DNA of 64,000 bases from Mobula hypostoma (lineage: Eukaryota). The translations under genes and the position numbers were made by a program. Positions 51,137-63,870 of this stretch are shown one piece after another; position 1 is the stretch's first letter; each line of letters opens with the position of its first letter. The notes under the pieces are model-generated. The model had not been told where the DNA came from. It made no database searches and was given only the letters and a program-made list of their open reading frames with translations. The DNA is taken from the NCBI RefSeq assembly GCF_963921235.1, contig NC_086097.1:59832001-59896000 (forward strand), in the 5' to 3' direction.

Positions 51137-53066
51137 GTGATCTTGGATCATTGAATCTAGTAAAGTAATACATTTCCCAAAGGTTTCATTCATTATACCA
51201 AGCGATTCAAATGACTGAACATTAGTTATTCGTAACACATTCACCAGTGTTTTCATCAGAATCTGTCAGAATCCTCTGCATGTTTTCTGTAGCAACGAAT
51301 GTCATGGGATTTATTTCCCAGTTTAATTTATCAATCATTTCTAATGTCTTGTATGTTAGGAGAAATATTAAAATTAAATCATTGCTTTCATAAGACAAAG
51401 CCTTCGGCTTAAAATTCCAGCATGTAGCTTAAAGTTTTTGTCTGCTACACTAAAAATTTGATGTCTAGATTTGATTTGTTTCTTAGAGCACTGGTACTGC
51501 ACACTGAGATGTTAGTCTGCTCCAAGGATGACAGACAAACACAGAGCACCCAAAGTGCATCCACAGTGATGATAAACATTTCTTACAATTTTGTACCATG
51601 TAAGGCTGTGAAAAGCATGGGCCTTACAGGCCAAAGCTGGTCTTATCCAGAGAAGGAGTCACTCACTACAGGATACCGAGGCACTGTATTTATGTGGTCA
51701 GTCCAGTTGAACTTTTGATCAATGGTGACCCCTGCAAGGTGGTTTCTGTGGATAACCTGCAGTGGGATGATAACACTGACAATAATGGAGGTTCCAATGG
51801 ACACTTGGAGATAATCATTGCCTGGTATTTGTGTGATGCAACTACTAATTGTGATTTACCAGCCCCATACTTGAGGTCATACTGCATGAGGGCGAAGACT
51901 GCTTCATTTGATGAGGGGTTGATGATGGAATTAAACATCACGTAATCATCAGTAAACTCTCCTACTTCATAGACCTTATGATCAAAGAAAAGTAACTATA
52001 AATCCACTGGGTACAGCTGGGATTAGCACCTGCCCTGAGGAAATTCTTTGGCTCTGACAACCTCAGCCATCTTTCATTTAACAAAATGTGAAGTTGACCA
52101 CTTTAATGCTCATCAACAATTTTAATGATTAAGTGTAGACTAATCAAGCAATAATTCACCTCAATGGATTTATCCTGACTTTTGCCTATATGATAAATAT
52201 CTGGACAATTGAGAAATAAATACTATTGTTGTGTCTGTAACAACTTGGGTAGAGCCAGAGCTAATTCTGGAACACAGGCCTTCAGCCCTTCAGAGTAGTG
52301 TCTGGTTCCTTAGTTCTTGTTGTATCCACTGTTTTGGGTGTTCTAAATGTAACAAATATAACTCAGTGTGAGTAAAATTGTTTGGAGAATGGTTTCTGTG
52401 AGAGCTGTGATCTCAGAAGGTACACTACAGCAGAACATAGTTGTGTATGCTTTTTTTTCTCTAGCCATATGCTCTTCCCCAGCATCACCAGGTTGGGAAT
52501 GCTCAGGGAGCCTGCTCCACCTGCAGATAGTTGAATTGTTCAGCATGTTCACAGCCAGATGTGGAGGCACTGTTAGGTTCTGACTTGATCTGTAATATCA
52601 ACTACAGTGCCAGTGACCTGGGTTCAATTCCAACTGCTGTCTGTAAGGAGTTTGTATATTCTCCCCACGACCACGGGGCTGTCCTCCAGGAGTTCTGGTT
52701 TCCTCCCAAATTTAAAGATGTACAGTACTGGTCAGTAGGTTAATTGGTCACATGGTGTAACTGGTCAGCATGGACTCATTGGCTTAGATAGGCCTATGAC
52801 AGTGCTGAATCTCTATCCTTAACTGATTTCCAGCCAAGTCAACTGTACGAGGTCCATTTGTAATACAGATATAAAATTGTTGATAAAACTTAGGCTAAAA
52901 TAACTATTCCTTTTATTAAAAGAATAATAATTGAAATGGTAGATAATTAATTTGTTTACAGTTGTCATTTTATATTGGGTGTGCTGCATGTTTCTTTGGG
53001 AGCAATATGTCCTCTTTGCTTAAGTTTAAGGGGAAAGTCATCCAAAGATTAATGAATTTTTCATAG

Positions 53067-53118
53067 CCTGTTTTGTAAACAAAATAAACTGTTGTTTCTG
53101 AGAAATGGAATTTCCCAG
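53067..53118 (+). CDS. Putative host exon 2 of 4 (52 nt, phase 2-0)
   Basis: tttttcatAG|C CTG..TCC CAG|GTaaca; (N)LFCKQNKLLFLRNGISQ. Confidence 0.6.
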
Positions 53119-54914
53119 GTAACAGATTTGATCAATAGACTGAATAAATCATGCTGTAGACATTTTAAGTCACCTAATATCTAGTGTACTGGTGTACTTT
53201 AAATATTGTTAGAGAGATGGTACCATCAATTATTTCAAGTAATATGAGTTTGCAGATTTTATTGTCTGGGGAAATTTAATTCTGCATAACTTTGAACATT
53301 GGAGAAATGTTATTATTTAAAGTGAAGCCCCGAAAGGAGTCATGTTCATATAAATAAGAGACTCCTTGTTTAATTTACTGTCTGTCTTACTGACACAAGT
53401 TCTTATGAAGAATAACATTTAATCAACTGCTAAGCACAGGTAAAAGACATTCTATCGAGAAAGACCTCATGAATTGAATATTAAATAAAAGCATCTAGTT
53501 ATGTTACTTTGGAAATAGGAATGTAGGGCCGAACTGCAAAATGCCAGAATATTATTTATTGACTGTATATCAAGAGCGATTAGAGACATTTGGGGAATGA
53601 ACTAAAATTGTCCATCATCCAAATATAGATAAGGAAAGAAGAAATGAGTAAGAAATTTTAGAAAAATCCATATAAACATTCACTTGCAGTAAATTTTGTT
53701 GGAATTAACAGAACAAATTATAAATATTCCAGAGAAATTAATCATTTAATGACAGAAATAGAAATTGTAGATGCAGATAGCTAATTGAGTGCAATCTGGA
53801 AAGGGCAACCAAATGCATTTTTCTGAAATCTCCTTTAAATACTTTAAGTAATAAAATAATGAAGATTAATTATTTTATTTGTACCATCTGTTTGCAAGCA
53901 AATGTAAAGGTCTGAATACTTCCTATGCTATTAATAATCCTTCCATTAAATTGTTTTCAGTTAATGAATAAATACATTTGTAAAAGTAACAAAAATAGAT
54001 TTTTGAAGCAATTAGATATTGCCAACGTGATTGCTATCTCAAATACTTGTTCTTAAATAACTACCTGTAATTCTAAAGGTAATGTCTGATTACTGCCACA
54101 ATTAGCAGAGCACATTTCTGCCTTCCTAGACTGGAATTGAGACCTTATAATGGAACACCATAGGAGAGGCGCAAACTGAAGAAGTAGCCTGTGGTATGGT
54201 TGAACAGAAAATGGTGGATGTAATATACCTACATTTCCAGAAAGCATCCCACAAGGCACCACATCAAAGGTTAATGCAAAAAAATAGAAATAAAACTTAG
54301 TGGGTGGGATATAACATATTAGAAGACTGGCTGGCAGTCAAGGGAAAGAGATTAAGCATAAATCTGGTTAATAAGTTGTAACAAAGCATGTGTTGAGATC
54401 TCACCATTTTACTCTTTATGTAAAGAACCAGTTGAAAGCATTAAAGTTAAGTTTACCAGGTTTTCTGGTGTCAAAAGTAGGTAAGAACGTATAATATGAG
54501 GAGGACGGAAGGAGGCTACTGAGGAGATTCAAAGATTCAAAGTACATTCATTGCCAAAGTAATATGCAATATTCAACTGTGAGATTCATCTTCAACACAG
54601 ACAGCCGGAAAACAAAGAATGGAACCCATTCATGAAAAAAAGGATTAAACCCCCCTCGCACGAAGGAAGTTAAATCACACAAATGGTAGCAAAAAAAAAT
54701 GAGCAAAAACACAGAACATAAAAGACAAAATGAAAAGGTATATTCAGTTCAGCTCAACGTTCATTATCTGCAGGCCATCCCGATTCAAAATACACCCAAA
54801 CTAGCAACACAGATAGGAGTAACCAGATAAACTAGAAGCACCTCATATTTAAATCAGAATCCACAACCCACAAATCGCGTTGATTAAACCTGACTCCGGC
54901 ACCATCCTCTGACA

Positions 54915-54951
<37 letters not shown>

Positions 54952-55366
54952 ATTTGAATGCAAGGAGCTTCCCTCAGGAGCAGCGAGTGACAGGGAGAGA
55001 GACGTTGACACGTTCAGACACCATCCTCTGAAAGCAGCAAGCAAGAGGTTGGTTGACAGGTCTAATTGCACTTGCTCGCCCTCTGCACCTGCCCTGATGA
55101 TTTCAATCTTCCTTGGCACTTTAATCAGTGAAATTAGAGGAAGATGGAGTCAATCATGAGCTCCTGGCCTCCTGGCCTCGAGGTCACACCCTTTGCTCGA
55201 AGCCTCATGGAAGCCTCTCAGAGACAATAAAACAACAGATTGCCTGATTGGCCCAAAAACGCATTGCCAGAATGTAAATAACCTGCTGCAACAGTAGCAG
55301 CACAGCATCTGAAATAAAAATAGAAGATGTAAAAAAAGTGAAGGGAGTGAAAGAGCTGAAAGGATA

Positions 55367-55888
55367 CTCAGTGGCCACTTTATTAGGTGCAAGAGTGGAG
55401 CCCAGTGTGCCCTTCTGCCGATGTAGCCCATTGACTTCAAGGTTTGATGTATTGTGCGTTCAGAGGTGCTTTTTTGGACACCGCTGATGTAGCATGTGTG
55501 AGTTACTGCCGCATTCCTGTCAGCCTGAACCAGTCTGGCCATTTTTCCCTGATCTTTCTCATTAAAAGGCACTTTTGTCCACAGGACTAACCACTTAATG
55601 AATGTCCTTTTGTTTTTTGCATCATTCCCTATAAACTCCAGCGACTGTTCTGTGTGAAAATCCCAGGAGATCAGTAGTTTCTGAGATACTCAAACCACCC
55701 TGTCAGGCAATCAACAGTCAAAGTCACTTAGCTCACATTTCTTCCCCATTCTGATGTTTGCTCTAAACTGAAACTCTTGACCACGTCTACATGTTTTCAT
55801 GCATTGAGTTGCTGCTAATTGATTGGCTGGTTAGATATTTGCATTAACAAGAATGTGTACACATGTACCTAATAAAGTGGGCACAGTG
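55367..55888 (-). mobile_element. Tc1-like non-autonomous transposon
   Basis: TIRs cagtggccactttattaggtgca / tgtacctaataaagtgggcacagtg; remnant MARLVQADR..SERTIHQTLKSMGY of the Tc1 DNA-binding region. Confidence 0.8.
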
Positions 55889-56094
55889 CAGATATTGATA
55901 AAGATCTGGTAATGGAATACAATGAGGGAAATATGAAAATATGCATTTTGGTGGGAAGAATAATCGCTAAAAAATAAATGGTGAAATATTTCAGAGCTCT
56001 GAGATGCAAGAGGATCTGAATATCTTAGTGCATGATTCACAGAAGATGAATGCACAGAGGTAATAAGTATTTAGGAAAACCAATATTTCACTTA

Positions 56095-56306
56095 ACATCA
56101 AAGTTGCTGGTGAACGCAGCAGGCCAAGCAGCGTCTGTAGGAAGAGGTGCAGTCGACGTTTCAGGCCGAGACACTTCGTCAGGGTCTCGGCCTGAAACGT
56201 CGACTGCACCTCTTCCTACAGATGCTGCTTGGCCTGCTGCATTCACCAGCAACTTTGATGTGTGTTGCTTGAATTTCCAGCATCTGCAGAATTCCTGTTG
56301 TTTAAG
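56095..56306. mobile_element. Inverted pair of Penelope terminal-repeat ends meeting at the hammerhead motif
   Basis: About 78-bp arms 56095-56172 / 56184-56261; perfect 12-bp TSD atatttcactta at 56083-56094 and 56307-56318. Confidence 0.85.
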
Positions 56307-56449
56307 ATATTTCACTTAGAGTGGAGACATTACACCAATTACATGAAGAAAAGATGAGGCCACATCTTACCGCACTGGAAAGAGCTGAGATAACATTTAC
56401 TAGACTATGAATGGGAGGGTTGTCTCATGAGGAATAATTAGATAGAACT

Positions 56450-58395
56450 TACTGTATATGTACAGACTTTATTTGGAAATGCACGGAGGACTGCGTGTCT
56501 TGCAAGACAATCCGGGTATTCCCTAACCGGAAACCTTGGATGAATTATGAGGTTAAGTCCCTTTTAAAGGCTAGAGCTACGGCTTTTAGGTCCGGAGATA
56601 CCAGTCGCTGCATGGAATCCAGGCATGAACTCCGGAAAGCCATTAATGGTGACAAGAGGCAATATCAAACCAAGTTGGAAGCCCAGGTTAACCAGAGGGA
56701 TGCCAGTAGACTATGGCAGGGTCTAAATGAGATCACTGGGTGCAAAGGAAAGGCTGGGAACATCAATAACTGTGGTACTTCTCTTCCTGATGAATTTAAC
56801 GTATTCTACGCAAGATTCAAACGGAAGAGGAGCGTCCTGCTCCCTCCAGATGAACCGGACCTGGTGGCATTGAGATTCATCATCACCAAGGAGGACATTA
56901 GAAGGACCTTCCCGAAGATAAATCCAAGGAAGGCAACGGGCCCAGATGGCATCCTAGGATGGGTTCTCCAGGCCTGTACAAGCAAGCTAGCTGGAGTGTT
57001 TGCTGACATCTTCAACTGCTCCTTGCTTCAGTCTAAGATCCCCTCATGTTTTAAGAAGGCAACGATAATCCCAGTGCTGAAGAAGAGCAAGGTGGCATGC
57101 CAGATTGACTATCGACCTATGGCTCTGACGTCAATTGCTATGATGTGCTTCGAGAGATTGGTTATGGCACACATCAACCACAGCCTACCGGTTGACCTCG
57201 ACGCTTTGCAATTCACCTACCGGAGCAACGAGTCAACGGCAGATGCCATCTCTCTGGCCCTACGTTCCTCCTCAGAACACCTGGAGAATAAAGATGCATA
57301 CGTAAGGCTCCTTTTCATTGACTACAGCTCTGCCTTTAATACCATCATTCCAAATAAACTGATTCCTAAGCTCCGGAACCTGGGCCTTAGCACTCAGATC
57401 TGCAGCTGGATCTTCAACTTCCTCACAGAGAGCACCCAGGCTGTAAAAATAAGCTCTCCTCTACAATCACTCTGAGCACCGGTGCCCCACAAGGCTGTGT
57501 ACTCAGCCCCCTGCTGGACTCACTGTACACCCATCATTGTGTAGCCAAGTTTCCATCAAACTCAATATGTAAGTTTGCTGATGACACAAAAATTGCAGGC
57601 CGTTTCTCGGGTAATGATGAGTTTGAGTACAGAATGGAAATTAAGAACCTGGTGTCATGGTGCGAAGACAATAACCTATTCCTCAACATCAGCAAGACAA
57701 AGGAATTGGTTGTTGACTTCAGAAGGAGTAGTGGACCGCACGAGTGCGCAAGTGGAACAGATCAAAAGCTTTAAGTTCCTCAGTGTCAATATCAAAAATG
57801 ACCTGACTTAGTCCTACCAAGCAGAGTTCACTGCCAAGAAGGCCCACCAGTACCTTTACTTCCTAAGAAAACTAAAGAAATTTGGCCTGTCCCCTAAAAC
57901 CCTCACTAATTTTTATAGATGCACCATAGAAAGCATTCTTCTCGGGTGCATCAGAACCTGGTATGGAAGTTGTCCTGTCCAAGACGGAAAGAAGCTGCAG
58001 AAGATTGCGAACATGGCACAGCACATCACACAAACCAATCTTCCGTCCTTGGACTCCCACCTGGAGAAGGCTCAGGAGCTTGAAGACTTGTATGGCCAGA
58101 TTTGGGAACAGTTTCTTTCCAACTGTGATAATACTGCTGAACGGATCCTGACCTGGATCTGGGCCATACCTTCCAAATATCCGGACCTACCTCTCAGTTT
58201 TCTTGCACTACCTTACTTTCCATTCTTCTATTTTTTATTTTTGATTTATAATTTAAATTTTTATATTTATGAATTTTATCTATTTTTAATATTTAATATT
58301 TGTAATCCAGGTAGTGGGAAGCGCAGAATCAGATATCGCTGTGATGATTGTACGTTCTAGTATCAATTGTTTGTTGACAATAAAGTATAAAGTCT
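56450..58395 (+). mobile_element. Rex1/Babar LINE, 5'-truncated, degenerate
   Basis: ORF 56495..57475 (NRKPWMN, KATGPDG, DYRPMALTS, FIDYSSAFNTI), then GAPQGCVLSP and KFADDT in shifted frames; ends gacaataaagtataaagt. Confidence 0.9.
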
Positions 58396-58399
58396 ATGT

Positions 58400-58571
58400 G
58401 GGGTGTCGGGGTCTCTGGATAGAGGTTGTACCTTTGATGTCTGGCAGTTGCACTTTACTTCATAGGGTAGACAGGCATCGCTGGTGCTCATCCATCTCCT
58501 AAATCTCTCATATCTGCCTCCAAGTGGCACACCCCGGCACACCACTTCAGCTCGTGGGCTAAGTAATGTGA
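58400..58571 (+). ncRNA. Putative HDV-like self-cleaving ribozyme at the head of a short element (about 58398-58772)
   Basis: P1 GGGGTGT 58400-58406/ACACCCC 58529-58535; P3 GCC 58516-58518/GGC 58526-58528; L3 TCCAAGT; P1.1 GG 58536-58537; P4 CCAC/GTGG; J4/2 GCTAA with C58559; P2 TCATAT 58508-58513/ATGTGA 58566-58571. Confidence 0.72.
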
Positions 58572-59624
58572 AGGGGTGGTGTTAACATGGAATCACTGGG
58601 TGATGGACCTCAACGAAGTTATCGGCCGTGGTGGATGGTTTCCCAGAAGAACTACACTGGCCATGTGCTTGAGACCAGGGTGAGCTGTCAAGTTGGAAGA
58701 CATCGACTGTGGTCTGGCCTGGAGAGGGATGGCCTCACTATCTCAAGACACGTGAAGGCACCCCTATGACCTGTGAAAAGAGCTGCAGGATCTAAACTGA
58801 ACTATGTGTTGGTGTTTCTGAAGGGCCTTGATAGAGTGGAAATGGAATGGCTGCTTCTTTTTGTGGGAAAATGTGGAATCAAGTTAAAATGAGCATCACC
58901 AACATAAGTCAGGGAAGAAGTGCATTCTTTTGCTCTTAAGTCAAAAATCCATCTATGATCAATGATTCACTGATGCTCAGTTTTTGACATATTAAAAGAT
59001 TAAACAGGTTTTACCAAGCTTTTCTGATGGCGGAATATGTCTATCCAGGGTAAGGTTGTGCAAAAATCACCTGGGAATATTTGATATGTATAAAATCAAT
59101 TGTTGCTGGTTAATAATTTTGATCTGTTTTTGTTTTCGTTTTTCCAGCTCTGGTCATGGGTCCCTGACCTAAAACATTTTCTTTTTTTCTATATTCACAA
59201 ATGCTGTTTGATCTTTTGAGTACTCACGGTGCTTTCTGTATGATAGTTTAGACAACTTTATCTGATGGTATTTTTGGAGGTTTCAGAACATCACAACTTC
59301 CCAACATCCCCCACCATCTATAATGACTTTATAACTACTACGATTATAGTTATGGAAACTTTTATGTAGAGACAAGTGACATTGTTCAGGTCCTAAATGG
59401 ATATTTGTCTATCGGTCTTCCAAATTAATAGTGAGAGAGAAAATCGTTGAGTTGCTCAAATTATATAGACTATTGAATTAGGGGAGTTATGCTAAGTTTA
59501 TTTTCATGGGGTGGTTAATAGTTTTGGAACTCTCTATTATATAGATAAAAATTAGAAAACTTTGTACATTTGTTCAAAGTAGAAGCCTTCCAGTCTTCAT
59601 TTATCATTACAACTGGTCATTTAG

Positions 59625-59820
59625 GCCTTTATCCTCAAAAAGGCAGAATCTCACTTGGTAAAAATATTAATGGTCAGTGTTCAAAATTATTTCCTGGAAT
59701 CAGCAAGGAAAAAATTTTCAGCACAGCCAGATTCTGGGGAAAAGGTCCTAGCTACTGTTGATCTACAGTTACCAGGTTCTGTGTGGTCAATGTGCACCAC
59801 TGAAGAGAAAGATGCAAAAG
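59625..59820 (+). CDS. Putative host exon 3 of 4 (196 nt, phase 0-1)
   Basis: ggtcatttAG|GCC TTT..GCA AAA G|GTattt; AFILKKAESHLVKILMVSVQNYFLESARKK..TEEKDAK. Confidence 0.65.
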
Positions 59821-61139
59821 GTATTTGATGCCTTTCAAAAGGGGAAAATTCTGTTCGTAAACAAAATGATATTATCATCATTTATTATATTGCACTACCA
59901 TCATATTAAAAAATTGCAAACATTTTTGCAGTCAACATTCCTTATATGAAGAATGCATTTTGTTGTTATAATGGTCACAGTTGATTTAATATGAACTCAT
60001 GCTTAAGACAAACAAGTGCTGAAGTAGGAACTGTTTGGAAGATTATGCACCAAAACTGTATGAAGATGGATTTGTACAGATCTCCCACAGGGATCTGTTC
60101 CGACACTTGGATTTTTCTATATTTAGTACTGATCTAGAAATAGTTGATCCACAATTTTGCAAATGACACCAGGATCTGTGTGAGGGGCAAGGATATAGAT
60201 GATGCTCAATTACTTCTGGTAGGGTTAGATGCCTTGGGAGGCTGACTGTGAATGGCAAATGATAGATCATTTAGAAAATACAATGTTACACACATGGGCA
60301 GGGTAAATGTAGACAATGCATGCACCTTCCAGTGTAAAGCTTTAAATTTGATAGGGAATTAAAGAGATCTGTCTATTAAAATAAGTAGATTCAAGTCCTA
60401 TCCAAACTTGTGTTTCTCTATAGTCCATTACCATCCTGTTTTAATTTTTCTGTCACCCCCCCCCCCACCATTGTCCTTTAATGTTAACTGCCTTCCACCC
60501 TGTCACAGACATGCATTTGTTCTCCTCTTCCACTGCAACCTTAAATTCAGGTTTATTCTAATTTTCCCTGTTCTTATGAAAGACCATTTACCTGAAGCAT
60601 GTCTGCTAAATCTGTCATTCTCTATCCATGCTGCCCGACCTGCAATATATATTTTCAACAATAGCATGATTTCAAGTGTATAGGGATGCATTTATACAAC
60701 AAATAATTAAAAGGCAAGTACACTGGACTAGAAATTTGATTGTGGAGTGCTACATATTTCAGTGTAATGTGGTTAAAAATGCTTTCTTCCAGCAGTGATA
60801 TATGATAATGACTGTTTCTGGGTCATTTGCCTCCCATTAGAGATTTGACTACACACTTCTCTCCATGAGATGTGCTTGCATATAATTTCCATATCACACA
60901 TACATCACTGACACAATTGAAACTTTGCATAAAGTCAAAACAGAAAACTCCCTATGAGATGCATCAACACAAAAGTTAGACAGGATTCTTCTGAGCGACG
61001 ATCATGTTCACTTCTGAAGCAGCCGTGCTTTCTGCTGAACTGGACAGGGCCCACACTAAGGCAAGTTTCATTGGTTACCTTTGGGCCTTCCTCCCCAGTG
61101 GTTCTGACATTCCCCAACATCCTTCTGGAAAGGTTTAAT

Positions 61140-61830
61140 CTGGAAAAGCACAAATAGATGCACTTTGGAAGATCAAACTTGAAGTCGTAGCTCACGGTTG
61201 CCACCCAGGTTGGTAGAGTGATTATAAATGCCTGTGGTGTGTTGGCCTTCATAAATTGGGGGACTGAGTTCTAGTGCCACAAGGTAGTATTGCAGCTCTG
61301 GTTAGACTACACTTATGAGTATTAAGTTAAGATCTATTTGTCTCATTATAGGAGGGACACTGAAGGTTTAAAGAGAGTGCAGAGGAGATTTGCCACAATG
61401 CTGCCTGGATTAAAGAAAATTCTTGCGAGGAAAAGTTGAGCAAGCTAGAGCTGTTCTCTTTGGAGTGACAGAGGATGAGGGGCAGCTTGATAGAGATGTC
61501 TAAGATTGCAAGAGGCTTAGACAGAATAGACAGCCGGCACTTGTTTTTTCTGGGCATTAGTGGCTGGTATCAGATGACGTCCATTTAAAGTGAGTGGAGG
61601 AAAGTTTAGAGGAGATGCTAGAGGTAAGTTTCATGACACAGAAAGTGGTGGGTGTTTTGGATGTACTGCCAAGTGTGATGGTAGAAGTTCATACAATAGA
61701 GGCATTTAACAGACTTTTAGATAGGCACTTGGATGTAAGAAAAATGGAAGTTTGATGGGTTTTGTAGGAGGGGAGGATGGAGTAGTGTTAAATGGGTCAG
61801 TACAATGTCCTAGGCTATACTGTTTTGTAC
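61140..61830 (+). mobile_element. Old CR1 3' fragment
   Basis: atgcactttggaagatcaaac, agagagtgcagaggagatt, ttctctttggag..gaggatgagggg motifs of the ORF2 end. Confidence 0.7.
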
Positions 61831-62084
61831 TATTCTATTTTCTATATTCTACGGTTTATGTTCTATCTACCCATACCCTGACTCTCTGCTCCCAAAATCC
61901 TATTTGCCTTTTCCTTCTAGCTCTTAATTCCTCATCACCTGAAACTATGTCTTGTTGATCCTAAATTTCTCAATCCATGATACCCCAGAATGACAGTCAC
62001 AGATCCTCACACTGTTGACGAAGTAGCTGTCAAATTCCTGAACACACATCCAGCACAAAATAGCCCCTCACATCCTACTCAGAA

Positions 62085-62690
62085 ACACAAGATGCCAGAA
62101 ATCCAGAGCACATACACAAGACATTGTAAGAACTCAGCAGGTCAGGCAGCGTCTATGGAAGTAAATACACAGTCGATGTTTCGGGCTGAGTCCCTTCATC
62201 AGGGCTGGAAAGGAAGGAGAAAGATGCCCGAACAAGAAGGTGAGGGAGGAGGACAAGCTAGAAGGTGATAGGTGATGTCATGTGGGTGGGGGGAACGAAG
62301 TAAAAGTTGGGAGGTGATAAGTGGAAAAGCTAAAGAGCTGGAGAAAAAGCATTCTGATCGGAGAGGAGAATGGATCATGGGAGAAGGGAAAGAAGAAGAG
62401 GAAACAGGTGGACGTGATAGGTGAGCAGAAGAGGTAAGAGGCCAGAATGAAGAATTGAAGAAGAGGGAAGGGGGAGCGTGTAAAAAATTACCAGAAATTG
62501 GAGAGGTCGGTGTTCATGTCATCAGGTTGGAGGCTACCTGGATGAAATATGATGTGTTGCTCCTCCAAACTAAGAGAGGCCTTATTGTGACAGAAGAGGA
62601 GACCATCATGTCCAAATAGGAATAGGGATAGGAATTAAAATAGTTGGCCATCAGTGAATCTCATTTTTTGTGGCTGGAATAATGTGATTC
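62085..62690 (-). mobile_element. Penelope 3' fragment with a near-intact minimal hammerhead (62170-62207)
   Basis: Similar to 14350-14900; minus strand cagccCTGATGAagggactcagcccGAAACATCgactg. Confidence 0.75.
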
Positions 62691-62974
62691 CTCAGCTATA
62701 AATCACATGAGAATATCTTAGAGTGAAAAATATAACTGCTGTTTCACCCTGGAAGACAAAGTTTATGTATGTAGATAGCATTGTTTAAATACTACAAAGA
62801 ACCGAGCTGTCTTTTTTTGAAACATCCTTTCATAGCCAAGAGAGAAGTAAGCATTTTATTCAGCTGGTCAAGTCTGGCTTTGAACAGAGGTATCAGAGAT
62901 TTAAAAATTTGCTCTATTATATATTTTACTGTCGAATCATACATAATGATGAACCTTTCCCTTCTGTGAAACAG

Positions 62975-63046
62975 CAGTCTCAGGATCTGACAGAAGAACA
63001 GATCAAAATTGTGATAGAATTCACGTACTCAATTACAAGGTCTTAA
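62975..63046 (+). CDS. Putative host exon 4 of 4 (72 nt, phase 1-1), NAGNAG acceptor
   Basis: tttcccttctgtgaaacAG|CAG..GTC TTA A|GTacgt; (A)VSGSDRRTDQNCDRIHVLNYKVL. Confidence 0.6.
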   Translation, partial: QSQDLTEEQIKIVIEFTYSITRS

Positions 63047-63870
63047 GTACGTGGAAAGTCATTGTGTTTTATTCTAATTTTGCACATGTTCAATAAATCA
63101 CACATTATTAAGTCAGTACCTATGAAGGTTTATTACTGTCACATGTACCAAGATATAGCCAAAAGCTGGATTCAGTGACATTATTGGAATATTGTTTAAA
63201 AACATGCAAGTAATAACTTGGGAAGATTTTGTAACAATACAAAGCATGATGTTAAACAGGTAATCCAGTGATCATAAACAAGTACAGTAAAAATGCAACC
63301 TCTCTCATGGGTTTTGATAAATCATCAGGAGAAATGATTTGAACTGTAGACCTGCCTGAACAAGTCTAGAATTAAATTGATTTTACTACAGAGAATCTGA
63401 ATAAGCATATTGGATGAATCCATTCTTCCTGGAGAAAAGAATGAGAACATTTTAGTACTTTATTCCTCAATTATTCTGAAAGCTGAAAGACAAATGACTT
63501 GCATAGTGTTCAATAGGTAATTAGATTTAAATTAATTTTGTATTGGGAAGCTGAAATTTTATGAGGTTGTTTATGACTGGAAGAACTTCAATAAAATGAC
63601 TTGCTTTTACAGTAAATAAAAAAATAACATTAATTTGAATAATATTAGACCATAAGACCATAAGATGTTGGAGCAGAAATAGGGCACTTGGCCCATCAAG
63701 TCTGATTCACTATTCCATCATGGCTGATTTATTATCCCTCTCAACCCCATTCTCCAGCCTTGCCCTGTAATCTTTGACACCCTGGTGCTGATATTTAGAT
63801 ACTTTTATGTTGACAGAAGATAGTTATATTAAATGGATATTTCTTCAGTCTACAATGGAAATGCACAACA

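Noticed and set aside
52600..52815. tRNA gene suggested by B-box gggttcaattcc
   Set aside because: No cloverleaf; followed by a SINE body, so it is a SINE head
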